From NCBI GenBank assembly GCA_047606545.1, contig JASGEI010000014.1, positions 18,043 to 82,042 of the forward strand: a stretch of DNA of 64,000 nucleotides, in the 5' to 3' direction. Below are positions 22,554 to 34,687 of this stretch, one piece after another; positions within the stretch are counted from its first letter, which is position 1; every line of letters begins with the position of its first letter. The position numbers were made by a program, and so were the translations under genes. The notes beneath the pieces are model-generated. The model was not told the origin of the DNA and ran no database searches. It worked only from the letters and a program-made list of their open reading frames with translations. The DNA comes from Micrococcaceae bacterium. GTDB taxonomy: Bacteria > Actinomycetota > Actinomycetes > Actinomycetales > Micrococcaceae.

Positions 22554-25500
22554 TTAACGGAAATCTGATCCAAAATCGTAATCTTCCAATGGAATTGCAG
22601 CACCAGCTGCTTCACCGAAAGCATTTTGGTCGAAATCTGTGAAAGATGTTTCCACATAAGATTCTTCCAAAGCTTCTTCCGTAGGCTCCACCACTAAATG
22701 CTGGTATTGTGACAAACCAGTACCTGCAGGGATTAGCTTACCGATGATTACGTTTTCTTTTAGACCAAGCAATGGGTCACTCTTACGTTCCATAGCTGCC
22801 TGAGTAAGAACTCGAGTAGTCTCCTGGAATGATGCAGCAGACAACCATGACTCAGTAGCCAAAGAAGCTTTAGTAATACCCATAAGCTCTGGACGACCTG
22901 AAGCAGGTTGCTTTTTAGTAGCAAGTGCATTACGGTTTTCTTCATCCAAACGAGCACGTTCAGTTAACTCACCAGGTAGAAGGTCCGTATCACCAGAGTC
23001 AATCACAGTTACACGACGAAGCATCTGACGCACGATAACCTCAACGTGTTTATCGTGGATACCTACACCCTGAGAACGGTATACATGCTGCACTTCATCC
23101 ACCAAGTGTTTTTGTGCCGCACGAGGACCAAGAATACGTAAGATCTGCTTAGGATCTACTGCACCTTGAGTAAGTTGCTGTCCAGCTTCTACATGGTCAC
23201 CTTCTTCAACCAATAGACGAGAACGACGAAGCACTGTGTAAGTAACTTCATCGTAGCCATCATCAGGGATCAAAGTAACCTTGAGTGAACGTTCACCTTC
23301 TTCAATCTTAACGCGACCGTCATACTCTGCAATTGGCGCTTCACCCTTAGGAGTGCGAGCTTCGAAAAGCTCTTGGATACGAGGTAGACCCTGAGTAATA
23401 TCCTCACCTGCAGAAGAAACGGCACCGCCAGTGTGGAAAGTACGCATTGTTAGCTGAGTACCTGGCTCACCAATTGATTGAGCGGCGATAATACCTACTG
23501 CTTCACCAATATCGACCAACTTACCAGAAGCCAGCGAACGACCGTAACAACGAGCACAAGTACCAATACGAGACTCACAAGTAAGCACTGAACGAATTTT
23601 AACCTCTTCAATACCAGCCTTGTACAGTTCATCAATTAGCACATCACCAACATCATCACCAGCATGTGCAAGAATCTTGCTACCCTTCTTGACATCTTGT
23701 GCCAAAGTACGAGAGTAAACAGTGTTCTCAACATCTTCATACATTGTAGTGCTACCATCTTCGGCTTTCACAGCAATTGGTAATACTAGACCTGCAGTAG
23801 TACCACAATCTTCCTCACGAACAATTACATCCTGAGAAACGTCTACTAGGCGACGAGTCAAATAACCAGAGTTTGCAGTACGCAATGCAGTATCAGCAAG
23901 CCCCTTACGTGCACCGTGGGTTGCTATGAAGTACTCAAGTACGTGTAGACCTTCACGATATGAAGATTTAATAGGACGAGGAATAATCTCACCCTTTGGA
24001 TTGGCTACCAGACCACGCATACCGGCAATCTGACGAACCTGCATCCAGTTACCACGAGCACCTGAAGTTACCATTCGGTTAATTGTATTGAGCTCTTCAA
24101 GATCAGCTTGCATAACTTCAGCAACCTTGTCAGTAGCTTCAGACCAAATTCCCACTAGTTCTTGACGACGCTCTTCATCAGAAATCAAACCACGATCGTA
24201 TTGCTTCTGAACTTTTTGAGCCTTCGCCTCATAGCCTTCAAGAATTTCTTCTTTTTCCGGTGGCGCTGCCACATCAGAGATTGCAATAGTAACACCAGAA
24301 CGACTAGCCCAATAGAAACCAGAATCCTTCATGTTATCTAGAGTCTGAGCTACTACAATCTTCTGGTAACGCTCTGCTAAATCGTTAACAATACGAGATA
24401 GTGTACCTTTATCAGCTACATCTTCAACCCAAGGATAATCTTCAGGTAAAGTCTCATTAAACAATACCTGCCCTAAAGAAGTTTCTAGCAATACCGGATC
24501 GCCTTCTTCGTAGCCTTTTGGTGCTTCCCAACCTTCGTAAGGCACAAAATCATTAAGACGAATCTTAGCCTTTGCATTCATATGTAGTTTACCAAGGTCA
24601 TGAGCCATGATTGCTTCAGCTACTGAACTAAAGATAGAACCTTCACCAACAGCACCTGAACGCTTTGTAGTTAAGTGGTAAACACCGATAATCATATCCT
24701 GAGAAGGAACTGCTGCTGGACGACCATCTGATGGTTTCAAAATGTTATTTGAAGATAGCATCAATAGACGTGCTTCAGCTTGAGCTTCTGTAGATAGTGG
24801 TAAGTGCACTGCCATCTGGTCACCATCAAAATCAGCATTGAATGCTGAACAAACTAATGGGTGTAGCTGGATTGCTTTACCTTCAACCAGCTGTGGCTCA
24901 AATGCCTGAATACCAAGACGGTGCAATGTAGGTGCACGGTTAAGCAATACTGGATGTTCAGTAATAACTTCTTCCAAAACATCCCATACTGCTGGACGGT
25001 AACGTTCTACCATCCGCTTTGCAGATTTGATATTTTGTGCGTGGTTTAGGTCAACTAAACGCTTCATTACGAATGGCTTGAAAAGTTCAAGTGCCATCTG
25101 TTTTGGTAGACCACATTCGTGAAGTTTTAGTTTTGGACCAACCACAATTACTGAACGACCGGAGTAGTCTACACGCTTACCAAGCAAGTTTTGACGGAAA
25201 CGTCCTTGCTTACCTTTAAGCATGTCAGAAATTGACTTCAAAGCACGGTTACCTGGACCAGTTACTGGGCGACCACGACGACCGTTATCGAATAGGTTAT
25301 CAACAGCTTCCTGAAGCATGCGCTTTTCGTTATTAACGATGATTTCTGGGGCACCCAAATCCATCAAACGCTTTAGACGATTGTTACGATTGATAACACG
25401 ACGGTATAAGTCGTTAAGGTCAGAAGTTGCAAAGCGACCACCATCAAGCTGTACCATAGGACGTAATTCTGGTGGGATTACTGGTACTACTTCTAGCACC

Positions 25501-26435
25501 ATAGCTTCTGGCTTGTTTGTAGTCTGCAAGAAAGCACTAATTACTTTTAGACGCTTAAGTGCACGAGTCTTACGCTGACCTTTACCAGTTTGAATCTGAT
25601 CACGAAGTGATTCAGCTTCCGCCGCTAGATCAAAGTTACGTAAACGAGTTTGGATAGCTTCTGCGCCCATTGAACCTTCAAAATATAATCCGAAACGGTC
25701 CTGTAGGTCACGGAATAGTTGCTCATCACCAATTAGGTCATTAACCTTTAGGCTTTGGAACTTTTCCCAAACAGCATCAAGACGAGCAATATCATTATCA
25801 GCACGGCGACGAATTGCAGCCATATCTTTATCAGCAGCATCACGAAGCTTGCGCTTTGCATCAGCTTTTTTGCCTTCTTTTTCTGCTTCAGCTAAGTCGA
25901 CCTCTAGATCTTTTTGGCGAGCAACTAAATCAGCATCCCGTTGCTTTTCTTTTTCTTCGCGTTCTAGAGTAATCTCAGCTTGTAAGTTAGGTAACTCAGC
26001 ATGACGGTTTTCTTCATCAACGCTAGTAATCATGTACGCAGCAAAGTAAATTACCTTCTCCAAATCTTTTGGAGCTAGATCAAGCAAGTAACCTAGACGA
26101 GAAGGTACACCTTTGAAGTACCAAATGTGAGTAACTGGTGCGGCAAGTTCCAGGTGTCCCATACGTTCACGACGTACTTTAGAACGAGTAACCTCTACAC
26201 CACAACGCTCACAAACGATACCCTTGAAGCGTACCCGCTTGTACTTACCACAGCTACATTCCCAGTCCTTAGATGGACCAAAGATTTTTTCGCAGAAAAG
26301 ACCATCTTTCTCTGGTTTTAACGTACGGTAGTTAATTGTTTCTGGTTTCTTAACTTCACCATGAGACCAATTACGGATCTCATCAGTAGTAGCAAGGCCG
26401 ATTCGCATTACATCGAATACAGTTTCGTTGGCCAT
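22554..26435 (-). CDS. rpoC: DNA-directed RNA polymerase subunit beta'
   Basis: 1293 aa, [12 protein letters not shown] catalytic motif, zinc-binding CxC...CxxC near the N-terminus. Confidence 0.99.
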   Translation of the reverse strand: MANETVFDVMRIGLATTDEIRNWSHGEVKKPETINYRTLKPEKDGLFCEKIFGPSKDWECSCGKYKRVRFKGIVCERCGVEVTRSKVRRERMGHLELAAPVTHIWYFKGVPSRLGYLLDLAPKDLEKVIYFAAYMITSVDEENRHAELPNLQAEITLEREEKEKQRDADLVARQKDLEVDLAEAEKEGKKADAKRKLRDAADKDMAAIRRRADNDIARLDAVWEKFQSLKVNDLIGDEQLFRDLQDRFGLYFEGSMGAEAIQTRLRNFDLAAEAESLRDQIQTGKGQRKTRALKRLKVISAFLQTTNKPEAMVLEVVPVIPPELRPMVQLDGGRFATSDLNDLYRRVINRNNRLKRLMDLGAPEIIVNNEKRMLQEAVDNLFDNGRRGRPVTGPGNRALKSISDMLKGKQGRFRQNLLGKRVDYSGRSVIVVGPKLKLHECGLPKQMALELFKPFVMKRLVDLNHAQNIKSAKRMVERYRPAVWDVLEEVITEHPVLLNRAPTLHRLGIQAFEPQLVEGKAIQLHPLVCSAFNADFDGDQMAVHLPLSTEAQAEARLLMLSSNNILKPSDGRPAAVPSQDMIIGVYHLTTKRSGAVGEGSIFSSVAEAIMAHDLGKLHMNAKAKIRLNDFVPYEGWEAPKGYEEGDPVLLETSLGQVLFNETLPEDYPWVEDVADKGTLSRIVNDLAERYQKIVVAQTLDNMKDSGFYWASRSGVTIAISDVAAPPEKEEILEGYEAKAQKVQKQYDRGLISDEERRQELVGIWSEATDKVAEVMQADLEELNTINRMVTSGARGNWMQVRQIAGMRGLVANPKGEIIPRPIKSSYREGLHVLEYFIATHGARKGLADTALRTANSGYLTRRLVDVSQDVIVREEDCGTTAGLVLPIAVKAEDGSTTMYEDVENTVYSRTLAQDVKKGSKILAHAGDDVGDVLIDELYKAGIEEVKIRSVLTCESRIGTCARCYGRSLASGKLVDIGEAVGIIAAQSIGEPGTQLTMRTFHTGGAVSSAGEDITQGLPRIQELFEARTPKGEAPIAEYDGRVKIEEGERSLKVTLIPDDGYDEVTYTVLRRSRLLVEEGDHVEAGQQLTQGAVDPKQILRILGPRAAQKHLVDEVQHVYRSQGVGIHDKHVEVIVRQMLRRVTVIDSGDTDLLPGELTERARLDEENRNALATKKQPASGRPELMGITKASLATESWLSAASFQETTRVLTQAAMERKSDPLLGLKENVIIGKLIPAGTGLSQYQHLVVEPTEEALEESYVETSFTDFDQNAFGEAAGAAIPLEDYDFGSDFR

Positions 26436-26464
26436 GTCTTCCTTTCCTAAATCCTTCTTTGAAG

Positions 26465-29400
26465 TTAAACTTCTTCGATTGAGTTTGGTTCTTGATGAGA
26501 TAGGTTAATACCTAGTTCTTCAGCCGCTTGGAATACTTCATCATCATCTTTCATTTCGATGACATTTCCGTCAGCTGAAAGCACCTCTACGTTTAAGCAC
26601 AGAGACTGCATCTCTTTAATCAATACCTTGAATGATTCTGGTACACCTGGCTCAGGAATATTTTCACCCTTTACAATTGCCTCGTATACCTTGACACGTC
26701 CATTAATATCATCAGACTTGATAGTCAAAAGCTCCTGCAATGTGTATGCAGCACCATAAGCTTCAAGTGCCCATACCTCCATCTCACCAAAGCGCTGACC
26801 ACCGAACTGTGCCTTACCACCCAGTGGCTGCTGAGTAATCATTGAGTAAGGACCAGTAGAACGTGCGTGAATCTTGTCATCCACCAAGTGGTGAAGTTTC
26901 AAGATGTACATATAACCAACTGAAATTGGATCTGGGAATGGTTCACCAGAACGACCGTCGAACAAACGAGCTTTACCGTCATTATTAACTAGACGCACAC
27001 CATCTTCGTTTGGATTGGTGTTTGCTAGTAAACCAGTAATTTCTTGTTCTTCAGCACCATCAAATACTGGAGTTGCCACGTTAGTCGGACCAGATTGCAT
27101 TGGAATTGTTGAATCTTTAGCCCATTCTGGGTTGCCTTCAACATTCCAACCATTCTTAGCAATCCAACCAAGGTGTACTTCCAGCACCTGTCCCAAGTTC
27201 ATACGACCTGGTACACCAAGTGGGTTAAGTACGATGTCAACTGGAGTACCATCTTCAAGGAATGGCATATCTTCCACTGGAAGGATCTTAGATACTACAC
27301 CCTTGTTACCATGACGGCCAGCAAGCTTATCACCATCAGTAATCTTACGCTTTTGCGCAACATATACACGTACAAGCTGATTTACGCCAGGAGCTAATTC
27401 ATCGTCTTCTTCACGATCAAATACTCGGATACCGATTACGGTACCTGATTCACCGTGTGGCACCTTCAAAGAAGTATCGCGTACTTCTTTAGAATTATCA
27501 CCAAAGATTGCACGAAGTAGACGCTCTTCTGGAGTTAGCTCAGTCTCACCCTTTGGTGTTACTTTACCAACTAGAATATCACCAGCTTCAACTTCCGCAC
27601 CGATGTGAATAATACCGCGTTCATCAAGTCGGCTTAAGCCTTCTTCGGAAACATTTGGAATATCACGAGTGATTTCTTCTGCACCTAGTTTGGTGTCACG
27701 AACATCGATTTCGTGTTCTTCGATGTGGATTGAAGTAAGGGTATCTTCTGCTACTACACGCTGCGATAGGATAATCGCATCCTCGAAGTTTTGACCTTCC
27801 CAAGACATGAATGCCACCAGCAAGTTCTTACCAAGTGCTAGTTCGCCCTTTTGAGTTGCAGGTCCATCAGCAATTGCATCGCCAACTTCTACACGTTGAC
27901 CTTCCCCGACAAGTAACTTCTGATTATAAGCAGTACCCTGGTTTGAGCGATCGAACTTAGCAATGCGGTAGTTACTATCAGTGCCGTCATCGTTACTAAC
28001 CACAACTAAATCTGCAGAAACTTCTGAAACTACACCGGCTTTAGTAGCAAGTACTACATCACCAGCATCCTTTGCTGCGTACTTTTCCATACCAGTACCA
28101 ACAAGTGGTGATTCTGATTCAAGAAGTGGTACAGACTGACGTTGCATGTTAGCACCCATCAACGCACGGTGTGCGTCATCATGCTCAAGGAATGGAATCA
28201 AGGCAGTACCAACAGAAACCATCTGGCGTGAAGAAACATCCATATATTCAACTTCTTCTGCCTCAACCAAAATTGGCTCACCGGCACCACCCTTTTCACG
28301 AACAAGTACCATTTTTTCGATGAAGTTACCATCTTCGTCGACAGGAGCTTTTGCCTGAGCAATCTGGTATTCGTCTTCTTCAGTAGCGCTCAAGTAATCA
28401 ATTTGTTCAGTAACTTTACCATCCACACACTTACGATATGGAGTTTCAATGAAACCGAAAGAATTAATCCGAGCAAATGCGGCTAAGTTACCAATTAGAC
28501 CAATATTTGGCCCTTCGGGAGTTTCAATAGGGCACATACGACCATAGTGAGATGGGTGAACGTCACGTACTTCATAACCTGCGCGATCACGAGAAAGACC
28601 ACCTGGTCCAAGAGCTGATAGACGACGCTTATGCCCCAAACCAGCAAGTGGGTTATTTTGGTCTAAGAACTGTGATAGCTGTGAAGTTCCAAAGAACTCT
28701 TTAATAGCTGCAACTACTGGACGAATGTTAATCAGAGACTGTGGTGTAATTGAATCTGCATCTTGTGTAGTCATACGTTCTCGCACTACACGTTCCATAC
28801 GAGAAAGACCAGTACGAATCTGGTTTTCAATTAATTCGCCTACAGTGCGAATACGACGATTTCCGAAGTGATCAATATCATCAACATCCACTCGTAGTTC
28901 AACTGTCTTACGACCCTTTTTAATTTCAAGGGTCTTTTCACCTTCATGCAAAGTAGCAATGTATTTAATCATTGCCACAATGTCTTCTTCGGTAAGACTA
29001 TTTTGGCTGATATCAGCATCCAGGCCAAGCTTACGGTTCATCTTGTAACGACCAACTTTAGCTAGGTCATAGCGCTTACCATTAAAGTAAAGATTTTGCA
29101 GAAGAGTTTCCGCAGCTTCTTTTGCAGGTGGTTCACCTGGGCGAAGTTTACGGTAAATATCAATTAATGCTTCTTCTTGATCTTTAGTTTGATCTTTTTC
29201 TAAAGTCGTACGAATACTTGCAAAGTGACCAAGTTCTTTAACAATTTTAGCTTCTGACCAGCCAAGCGCCTTTAACAAAACAGTCACTGGCTGCTTACGT
29301 TTGCGATCTAGGCGAACTGCAACCATATCGCGCTTATCAACTTCAAATTCTAGCCAAGCACCACGAGAAGGAATAATTTTTGCAGTAAAAATATCTTTAT

Positions 29401-29947
29401 CAGATGTTTTATCTGCAACTTTCTCGAAATAAGCACCCGGTGAACGAACTAACTGAGAAACTACTACGCGCTCAGTACCGTTAATGATGAAAACACCCTT
29501 TTCAGTCATTAATGGGAAATCTCCCATAAATACTGTCTGGCTCTTAATTTCACCTGTTTCGTGGTGCATGTATTCAGCAGTTACATAAAGTGGCGCGGAA
29601 TATGTAGCATCACGATCACGGCATTCTTCTGCAGTGTATTTAGGTTCTTCGAATGATGGATTACTGAAAGACAATGACATTGAGTCATTGTAGTCATCGA
29701 TTGGAGAAATCTCAGTAAAAATTTCTTCCAGACCACTTATTTCTGGAACATCGCTATCTTTAGCTTTGACGCGTTCTTTCCAGCGTTCATTACCAATTAG
29801 GCGGTCAAAACTATCTGTTTGTACGCCAAGTAGGTTAGGAACATCAAGTGGTTCAGGAGTTTTAGCAAATGAAAGACGCTGAGCCTTATTTGAGGCAGCG
29901 CCTTGAGATGTGTTGGTGTTCTTGGAGACCACAAACAATCCTTCCAC
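26465..29947 (-). CDS. rpoB: DNA-directed RNA polymerase subunit beta
   Basis: 1160 aa. TTG start giving (M)EGLFVV..., parallel to the actinobacterial MLEGCILA N-terminus. Confidence 0.98.
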   Translation of the reverse strand: MEGLFVVSKNTNTSQGAASNKAQRLSFAKTPEPLDVPNLLGVQTDSFDRLIGNERWKERVKAKDSDVPEISGLEEIFTEISPIDDYNDSMSLSFSNPSFEEPKYTAEECRDRDATYSAPLYVTAEYMHHETGEIKSQTVFMGDFPLMTEKGVFIINGTERVVVSQLVRSPGAYFEKVADKTSDKDIFTAKIIPSRGAWLEFEVDKRDMVAVRLDRKRKQPVTVLLKALGWSEAKIVKELGHFASIRTTLEKDQTKDQEEALIDIYRKLRPGEPPAKEAAETLLQNLYFNGKRYDLAKVGRYKMNRKLGLDADISQNSLTEEDIVAMIKYIATLHEGEKTLEIKKGRKTVELRVDVDDIDHFGNRRIRTVGELIENQIRTGLSRMERVVRERMTTQDADSITPQSLINIRPVVAAIKEFFGTSQLSQFLDQNNPLAGLGHKRRLSALGPGGLSRDRAGYEVRDVHPSHYGRMCPIETPEGPNIGLIGNLAAFARINSFGFIETPYRKCVDGKVTEQIDYLSATEEDEYQIAQAKAPVDEDGNFIEKMVLVREKGGAGEPILVEAEEVEYMDVSSRQMVSVGTALIPFLEHDDAHRALMGANMQRQSVPLLESESPLVGTGMEKYAAKDAGDVVLATKAGVVSEVSADLVVVSNDDGTDSNYRIAKFDRSNQGTAYNQKLLVGEGQRVEVGDAIADGPATQKGELALGKNLLVAFMSWEGQNFEDAIILSQRVVAEDTLTSIHIEEHEIDVRDTKLGAEEITRDIPNVSEEGLSRLDERGIIHIGAEVEAGDILVGKVTPKGETELTPEERLLRAIFGDNSKEVRDTSLKVPHGESGTVIGIRVFDREEDDELAPGVNQLVRVYVAQKRKITDGDKLAGRHGNKGVVSKILPVEDMPFLEDGTPVDIVLNPLGVPGRMNLGQVLEVHLGWIAKNGWNVEGNPEWAKDSTIPMQSGPTNVATPVFDGAEEQEITGLLANTNPNEDGVRLVNNDGKARLFDGRSGEPFPDPISVGYMYILKLHHLVDDKIHARSTGPYSMITQQPLGGKAQFGGQRFGEMEVWALEAYGAAYTLQELLTIKSDDINGRVKVYEAIVKGENIPEPGVPESFKVLIKEMQSLCLNVEVLSADGNVIEMKDDDEVFQAAEELGINLSHQEPNSIEEV

Positions 29948-30104
29948 AGTGTGTGATTACAAAAGGGACAAAAGATCTGCAGTTGGGTCGACCACTATAT
30001 GAAGACGCCAAAAAGGCAGTTAAAGTAATACTACAGCATTCCTTAAAATATATCTAGTGTAGATTTTTAAGTAAATATCATTAAAGTTACAGGCCAACAT
30101 AACC

Positions 30105-30147
30105 CCAAAAGAAAAACCCCTTACTTCCTAATGGAAGTAAGGGGTTT
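30105..30147 (-). terminator. Rho-independent terminator or attenuator after rplL
   Basis: aaaccccttacttcc taat ggaagtaaggggttt (15-bp stem), then ttcttttgg on the minus strand. Confidence 0.8.
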
Positions 30148-30175
30148 AGCTAAAAATTAGTTCAAAGCAAAATCA

Positions 30176-30559
30176 TTACTTAAGAGTAACTGTTGCGCCT
30201 GCACCTTCAAGAGATTCTTTAGCTTTTTCAGCGTCTTCTTTAGAAGCACCTTCAAGAACAGCCTTAGGAGCGCTGTCTACAACGTCCTTAGCTTCCTTTA
30301 GGCCTAGGCTAGTAAGGGCACGTACTTCCTTAATAACAGCAATCTTCTTCTCACCTGCAGATTCGATGATTACATCGAACTCAGTCTGCTCTTCAGCAGC
30401 TTCTTCTCCGCCAGCAGCTGGACCAGCAACTGCAACTGCAGCTGGAGCAGCAGCTTCAACGTCAAATGTTTCTTCGAACTCTTTAACGAAATCAGATAGT
30501 TCGATAAGAGTCATTTCTTTGAATGCATCTAGCAATTCTTCAGTACTTAGTTTCGCCAT
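30176..30559 (-). CDS. rplL: 50S ribosomal protein L7/L12
   Basis: Ala-rich hinge and conserved C-terminal domain KEAKDVVD. Confidence 0.98.
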   Translation of the reverse strand: MAKLSTEELLDAFKEMTLIELSDFVKEFEETFDVEAAAPAAVAVAGPAAGGEEAAEEQTEFDVIIESAGEKKIAVIKEVRALTSLGLKEAKDVVDSAPKAVLEGASKEDAEKAKESLEGAGATVTLK

Positions 30560-30657
30560 GTGTGGCGCTCCTTCTTGTCTTTATGGCCTATTAGCCAGTT
30601 CTTAATCTTACGGTCTTATATTGTGGTTAAAAGTTTTTAACTAGTAGCTTGTGCCAC

Positions 30658-31176
30658 TTAGCCTTCTTCCTCAACTTTGGCACGCAATGCATCAACAGTA
30701 CGAACTGTTTTAAGAATTGGAGCCTGGAATAGCGCAGCAGCTTTAGCAGTAGAAGCCTTCATATCACCAGCAAGCTTAGCAAGAAGTACTTCACGAGACT
30801 CAAGGTCAGCAAGTTTCTTCACACCAGCTTCATCAAGAACGGAACCTTCGTAGTATCCACCCTTGATAACTAGTTGTTTATTTTCTTTAGCAAAAGTCTT
30901 TAAGCTCTTAGCAACCTCAACTACGTCACCTTTAACATAAGCGATAGCAGTAGGGCCTTTAAGCTCATCAAATCCTTCAACTTCAGCTTCTTTAGCAGCA
31001 ATAGCAGTAAGCTTATTCTTAACCACAGAGTATTTTGCATTCTCACCCATTGAACGACGCAACTGCATCATTTGGTCAACAGTGAGACCACGGTATTCAG
31101 TCAACAACGCGCCATTTGAATTGCGAAGTTCATCAGCAATTTCTTTTACAGCAGCTTGCTTTTCTGGTGTTGCCAT
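30658..31176 (-). CDS. rplJ: 50S ribosomal protein L10
   Basis: Sequence and position upstream of rplL. Confidence 0.96.
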   Translation of the reverse strand: MATPEKQAAVKEIADELRNSNGALLTEYRGLTVDQMMQLRRSMGENAKYSVVKNKLTAIAAKEAEVEGFDELKGPTAIAYVKGDVVEVAKSLKTFAKENKQLVIKGGYYEGSVLDEAGVKKLADLESREVLLAKLAGDMKASTAKAAALFQAPILKTVRTVDALRAKVEEEG

Positions 31177-31400
31177 GGTGCTCCTTTCTCTGTATCAGGT
31201 CGGTAAGCATTAAAAAACGTCCATTGCGTAGGAGCAAAGGACGTACAAAAGCGTGCACAGCACAGCTTACATCGAGTCTTCACACCTACGTTGGCCGTTC
31301 CTTAGGAACTTTATAGTTAGCAACTCTTTAACTCTCCAGTCAAAAAGCACACGCCAACCACCGACGGTCTTCGGTAATTCAAACTATAACATACTGCATA
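31177..31400 (-). promoter_or_regulatory. rplJ 5' leader (L10-leader-like) with terminator-like attenuator hairpin
   Basis: Minus strand: acgtcc-tttgctcctacgcaa-tggacgt followed by ttttt (plus coordinates 31212-31246), about 35 nt before the rplJ ATG. More GC-rich stems lie upstream. Confidence 0.45.
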
Positions 31401-31416
31401 CTATAACCCAAACTAT

Positions 31417-33615
31417 TTATTGAGTTGCATTATTTTTATTCCACGAACGTTTAATTTCATTAGCCAAAGGCACTTTAATTGTATTAACAAAATTATTGCT
31501 TAGATGATGCCCGTCATAATAAATAGGCAATCCGTTTACTGCACCGTGGCATTGGATACCACAGATAAAATCATCCATATTTACTATACTTACCCCTGAA
31601 ATTGTCTGATTCTTCACTATGTCAAACTGCTTATCATCGATATCAGCGTCGCTAGGAGTATAAGTACAGTTTTCGAGATTATATTTATTTATTTCAAGAC
31701 AATCACGCCCAGTGTAGTCTCTATTGTAAGGAGTATCTTTAATATAAGTTATAGTTTTACTATATTTTTTTACTTCTTTAATTCTACTTGGAACTCGCTT
31801 TTCTAGAATACTATCTGTTTTAGTTTTAAGTTCAGCAATTGTCTTGTTAGATAAGGTGAAACTACCTTTATTTTTATCACTTGATATTGTTGGATTTTTA
31901 ATATCATCTAAATATTCAGAATGTGCAAAATTGGAAACTACAACATGAGTGGGCTTGTAAGTCTTTAAATATTTCATTATTTGTTTATTAGCTTCATTAC
32001 AACGGCTAGTATAGTCTGAAAATAAATCGTCTTCTTCAGAATAAAATAGCCGTTGTCCACTAATATCGATAAAAGGGCAGGAAGAAGCTTGATATGCATC
32101 AACGTTCATTTTTTGTTGTTTTGCAAGTTGAATTACCCCGGGAGACCATTGCATGCTGTGCGAATCCCCGACTAATAAAATATCACGTTTCTTATTCTTA
32201 GGATTATAGTTACAGTGTACTTTTCGGCCCCATTTCTCTTCAGAAACCTTGCACTTACTATCAAGCTTAAAAGCATTATCAATATATGAAACATTCGGTT
32301 TTAATGGCGGGTCAAATACTTTGGAATTACAATTAGTTTCTATTGAAACCATGGTCTTACCTTGATAGCAAGTGCCTGAAACAGCCTCTTGAAAAGCAAC
32401 ATTTTCACCACTCAAACGGTATTTAATAGCATAACTTTGACTGAAATTTAAAAACAAAATAACAATACAGCTTGCCACGAAAACTATTCCAGAAAACTCA
32501 GCAGTGGCTACCACAGACCTATATCTTTGTACTGGTTTTTCAATATAATAATGCGTGAAATGCGCTAGTAGTATCGTCACAAAAATTGCAAAAAACATGC
32601 CGCAAATACTTAGGTTTTTAGGGTGTCCCATATCTGAAAATATTGAGACACCAAAATAAGGAAGTAATAACAATACTGGCAAATGCCACAAGTAAATAGG
32701 GTAAGAAATATCCCCAATGTATTGGAATAGAATAAATCTTTCAAATTTCCTATTTGTTTTAGGTGTACCAAGATAAATTATTATTAAAGTAGCTATTACT
32801 GGAGTTAGAGTACCAATACCAGGGAATATTACATTTTCACTGTAGAAAATCCCGCATAAAATTAATAATAAGTACGAAAAATATACTAAAAGAGTAGTAA
32901 CAATATTCCATTTAACTACTCGCGGCAAGAAGCTAATTAAGCCACCAGCAGCAAACTCCCACAGCCTAGCAAAAGTATTGAAGTAATTTGGAGTTCCCTG
33001 TGCCCATGATTCAGCAGAATAATACGGGATTGCAATTAATAACGCATACCCTAGGCTAAGGACTATAACTATAGTTAAAATGACTGGAATTACTTTATCT
33101 AATTGATAATTTTTAAAAATTAAAGGAATTAAAAACAAAATTATCGGTATCAGAATATAAAATTGTTCTTCTACACCCAATGACCAAAAATGCTGATATA
33201 ACTCAATAGCTTTATCTGGGACAAAGTAATTTGTCTTTTCATTCATAAGGTGAATATTTTCGACATAGAACCAACTAGCTAGAAAACTCTTATGTAATCC
33301 CTTAACCAAATGAACTGGCACCACAGTCAATGCAATGGCAAAGGTAGTAATCAGCACTATAAAAGCAGCAGGCAATAAACGCCAGGCTCGTTTTAAATAA
33401 AATTTTCCAAGTTTAAATGTTCCTCGATTTATGTCTCTGACAATATGTCCAATAATCAAATATCCTGAGATGACAAAAAAGATGTCAACCCCTAAGAAAC
33501 CTCCTGCAAGTAAACCTAAATGATTAAGGAATACGAAAAGGATTGCAATAAAACGTAAAAATTGGATATCAACGCGAAAAGTAACCTCTCGACGGAAGTT
33601 AGCGCGCAACATCAA
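31417..33615 (-). CDS. Acyltransferase-3 family O-acyltransferase with C-terminal SGNH/GDSL-like domain (OafA/YrhL-like)
   Basis: 732 aa, about 10 TM segments, ISYPIYLWHLPV, then LLVGDSHSMQW and ...YYDGHHLS blocks. Very AT-rich. Confidence 0.8.
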   Translation of the reverse strand: MMLRANFRREVTFRVDIQFLRFIAILFVFLNHLGLLAGGFLGVDIFFVISGYLIIGHIVRDINRGTFKLGKFYLKRAWRLLPAAFIVLITTFAIALTVVPVHLVKGLHKSFLASWFYVENIHLMNEKTNYFVPDKAIELYQHFWSLGVEEQFYILIPIILFLIPLIFKNYQLDKVIPVILTIVIVLSLGYALLIAIPYYSAESWAQGTPNYFNTFARLWEFAAGGLISFLPRVVKWNIVTTLLVYFSYLLLILCGIFYSENVIFPGIGTLTPVIATLIIIYLGTPKTNRKFERFILFQYIGDISYPIYLWHLPVLLLLPYFGVSIFSDMGHPKNLSICGMFFAIFVTILLAHFTHYYIEKPVQRYRSVVATAEFSGIVFVASCIVILFLNFSQSYAIKYRLSGENVAFQEAVSGTCYQGKTMVSIETNCNSKVFDPPLKPNVSYIDNAFKLDSKCKVSEEKWGRKVHCNYNPKNKKRDILLVGDSHSMQWSPGVIQLAKQQKMNVDAYQASSCPFIDISGQRLFYSEEDDLFSDYTSRCNEANKQIMKYLKTYKPTHVVVSNFAHSEYLDDIKNPTISSDKNKGSFTLSNKTIAELKTKTDSILEKRVPSRIKEVKKYSKTITYIKDTPYNRDYTGRDCLEINKYNLENCTYTPSDADIDDKQFDIVKNQTISGVSIVNMDDFICGIQCHGAVNGLPIYYDGHHLSNNFVNTIKVPLANEIKRSWNKNNATQ

Positions 33616-33721
33616 TAACCTACTTTTTAAAATTAGAAAATTTTATTAAGAATATTTAATATACTAGCATTTACACAATAGTAGAGCTTAATAAACATTA
33701 GTTTTAAGTACAATTCATTAT

Positions 33722-34687
33722 ATGCACGACAATATTGATTTACTCTTAGCACGACAAAATTCTAAAGGAAAAATCATCGCAATTGATGACGAATATAACT
33801 ACTTAAAATCTAAACTCAACATAAAGACTTTTAACGACAGTAAACTAACTAACTCAGATAGTGAGATAGTTGAAACATTATCTAATGCATCCACGGTATT
33901 GCTGCGCATGCCAAAATCTATTGATAGATTAGCCGAATATGCTGAATTAATTGCTCAAAATTGTAATCCTGAAGTTACGTTACATGCTTGTGGCAAAGAT
34001 AAATACATGAACAGGAACTTTAATAAAGTTTTGGAAAACCACTTTGATATTGTAACGGCTTCATTAGGCTGGAAAAAATGCCGTGTTATCAGTGCCACAA
34101 AAGTTAAAGATCAAGTAATTTCAACTTTTCCAAAAATTATCTTAAATAAAGAATTAGATTTACAAGTCGTATCACATGGTGGAGTCTTTGCTGGAACTAA
34201 ATATGATATTGGCACTCGTACTTTCATTGATACTCTTAAGGACATCATTTTTACTGGATTAGGAGCTGATTTAGGCAGTGGCAATGGCCTAGTCAGTGCT
34301 TTCTTACTTAAGAATAATCCTCAATTAAAAATCGAAGCTAGTGACGATTCCTACTTTGCATACTTATCGACAAAAGAAACCTTAAAATTAAATGGATTAA
34401 CAGCAAAAGTAAGCTACGAGCACTCACTTAGTAATATACCTAACAATTACTACGATTATATTTTCTTAAATCCACCTTTTCATGCAGGAACTAAAGTAAT
34501 ACCCACTGTTGGTATTGAGTTAATAACTAATGCTAAACAAAAATTAAAAACCGGTGGAACTCTTTACTGTGTCTATAATTCCATGTTGAATCGTTACTAT
34601 TTACCAGAGTTCAAAAAATTTAATGGCAAAGTTACACACTTAACGCAAAATCGTAAATTTATTGTAAAATCCGTGACTAAAAGTTAG
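33722..34687 (+). CDS. Class I SAM-dependent methyltransferase, RsmC/RlmG-like (MTS domain)
   Basis: DLGSGNGLVS (motif I) and FLNPPFH (NPPF/Y motif IV) in the C-terminal half. Confidence 0.6.
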   Translation: MHDNIDLLLARQNSKGKIIAIDDEYNYLKSKLNIKTFNDSKLTNSDSEIVETLSNASTVLLRMPKSIDRLAEYAELIAQNCNPEVTLHACGKDKYMNRNFNKVLENHFDIVTASLGWKKCRVISATKVKDQVISTFPKIILNKELDLQVVSHGGVFAGTKYDIGTRTFIDTLKDIIFTGLGADLGSGNGLVSAFLLKNNPQLKIEASDDSYFAYLSTKETLKLNGLTAKVSYEHSLSNIPNNYYDYIFLNPPFHAGTKVIPTVGIELITNAKQKLKTGGTLYCVYNSMLNRYYLPEFKKFNGKVTHLTQNRKFIVKSVTKS

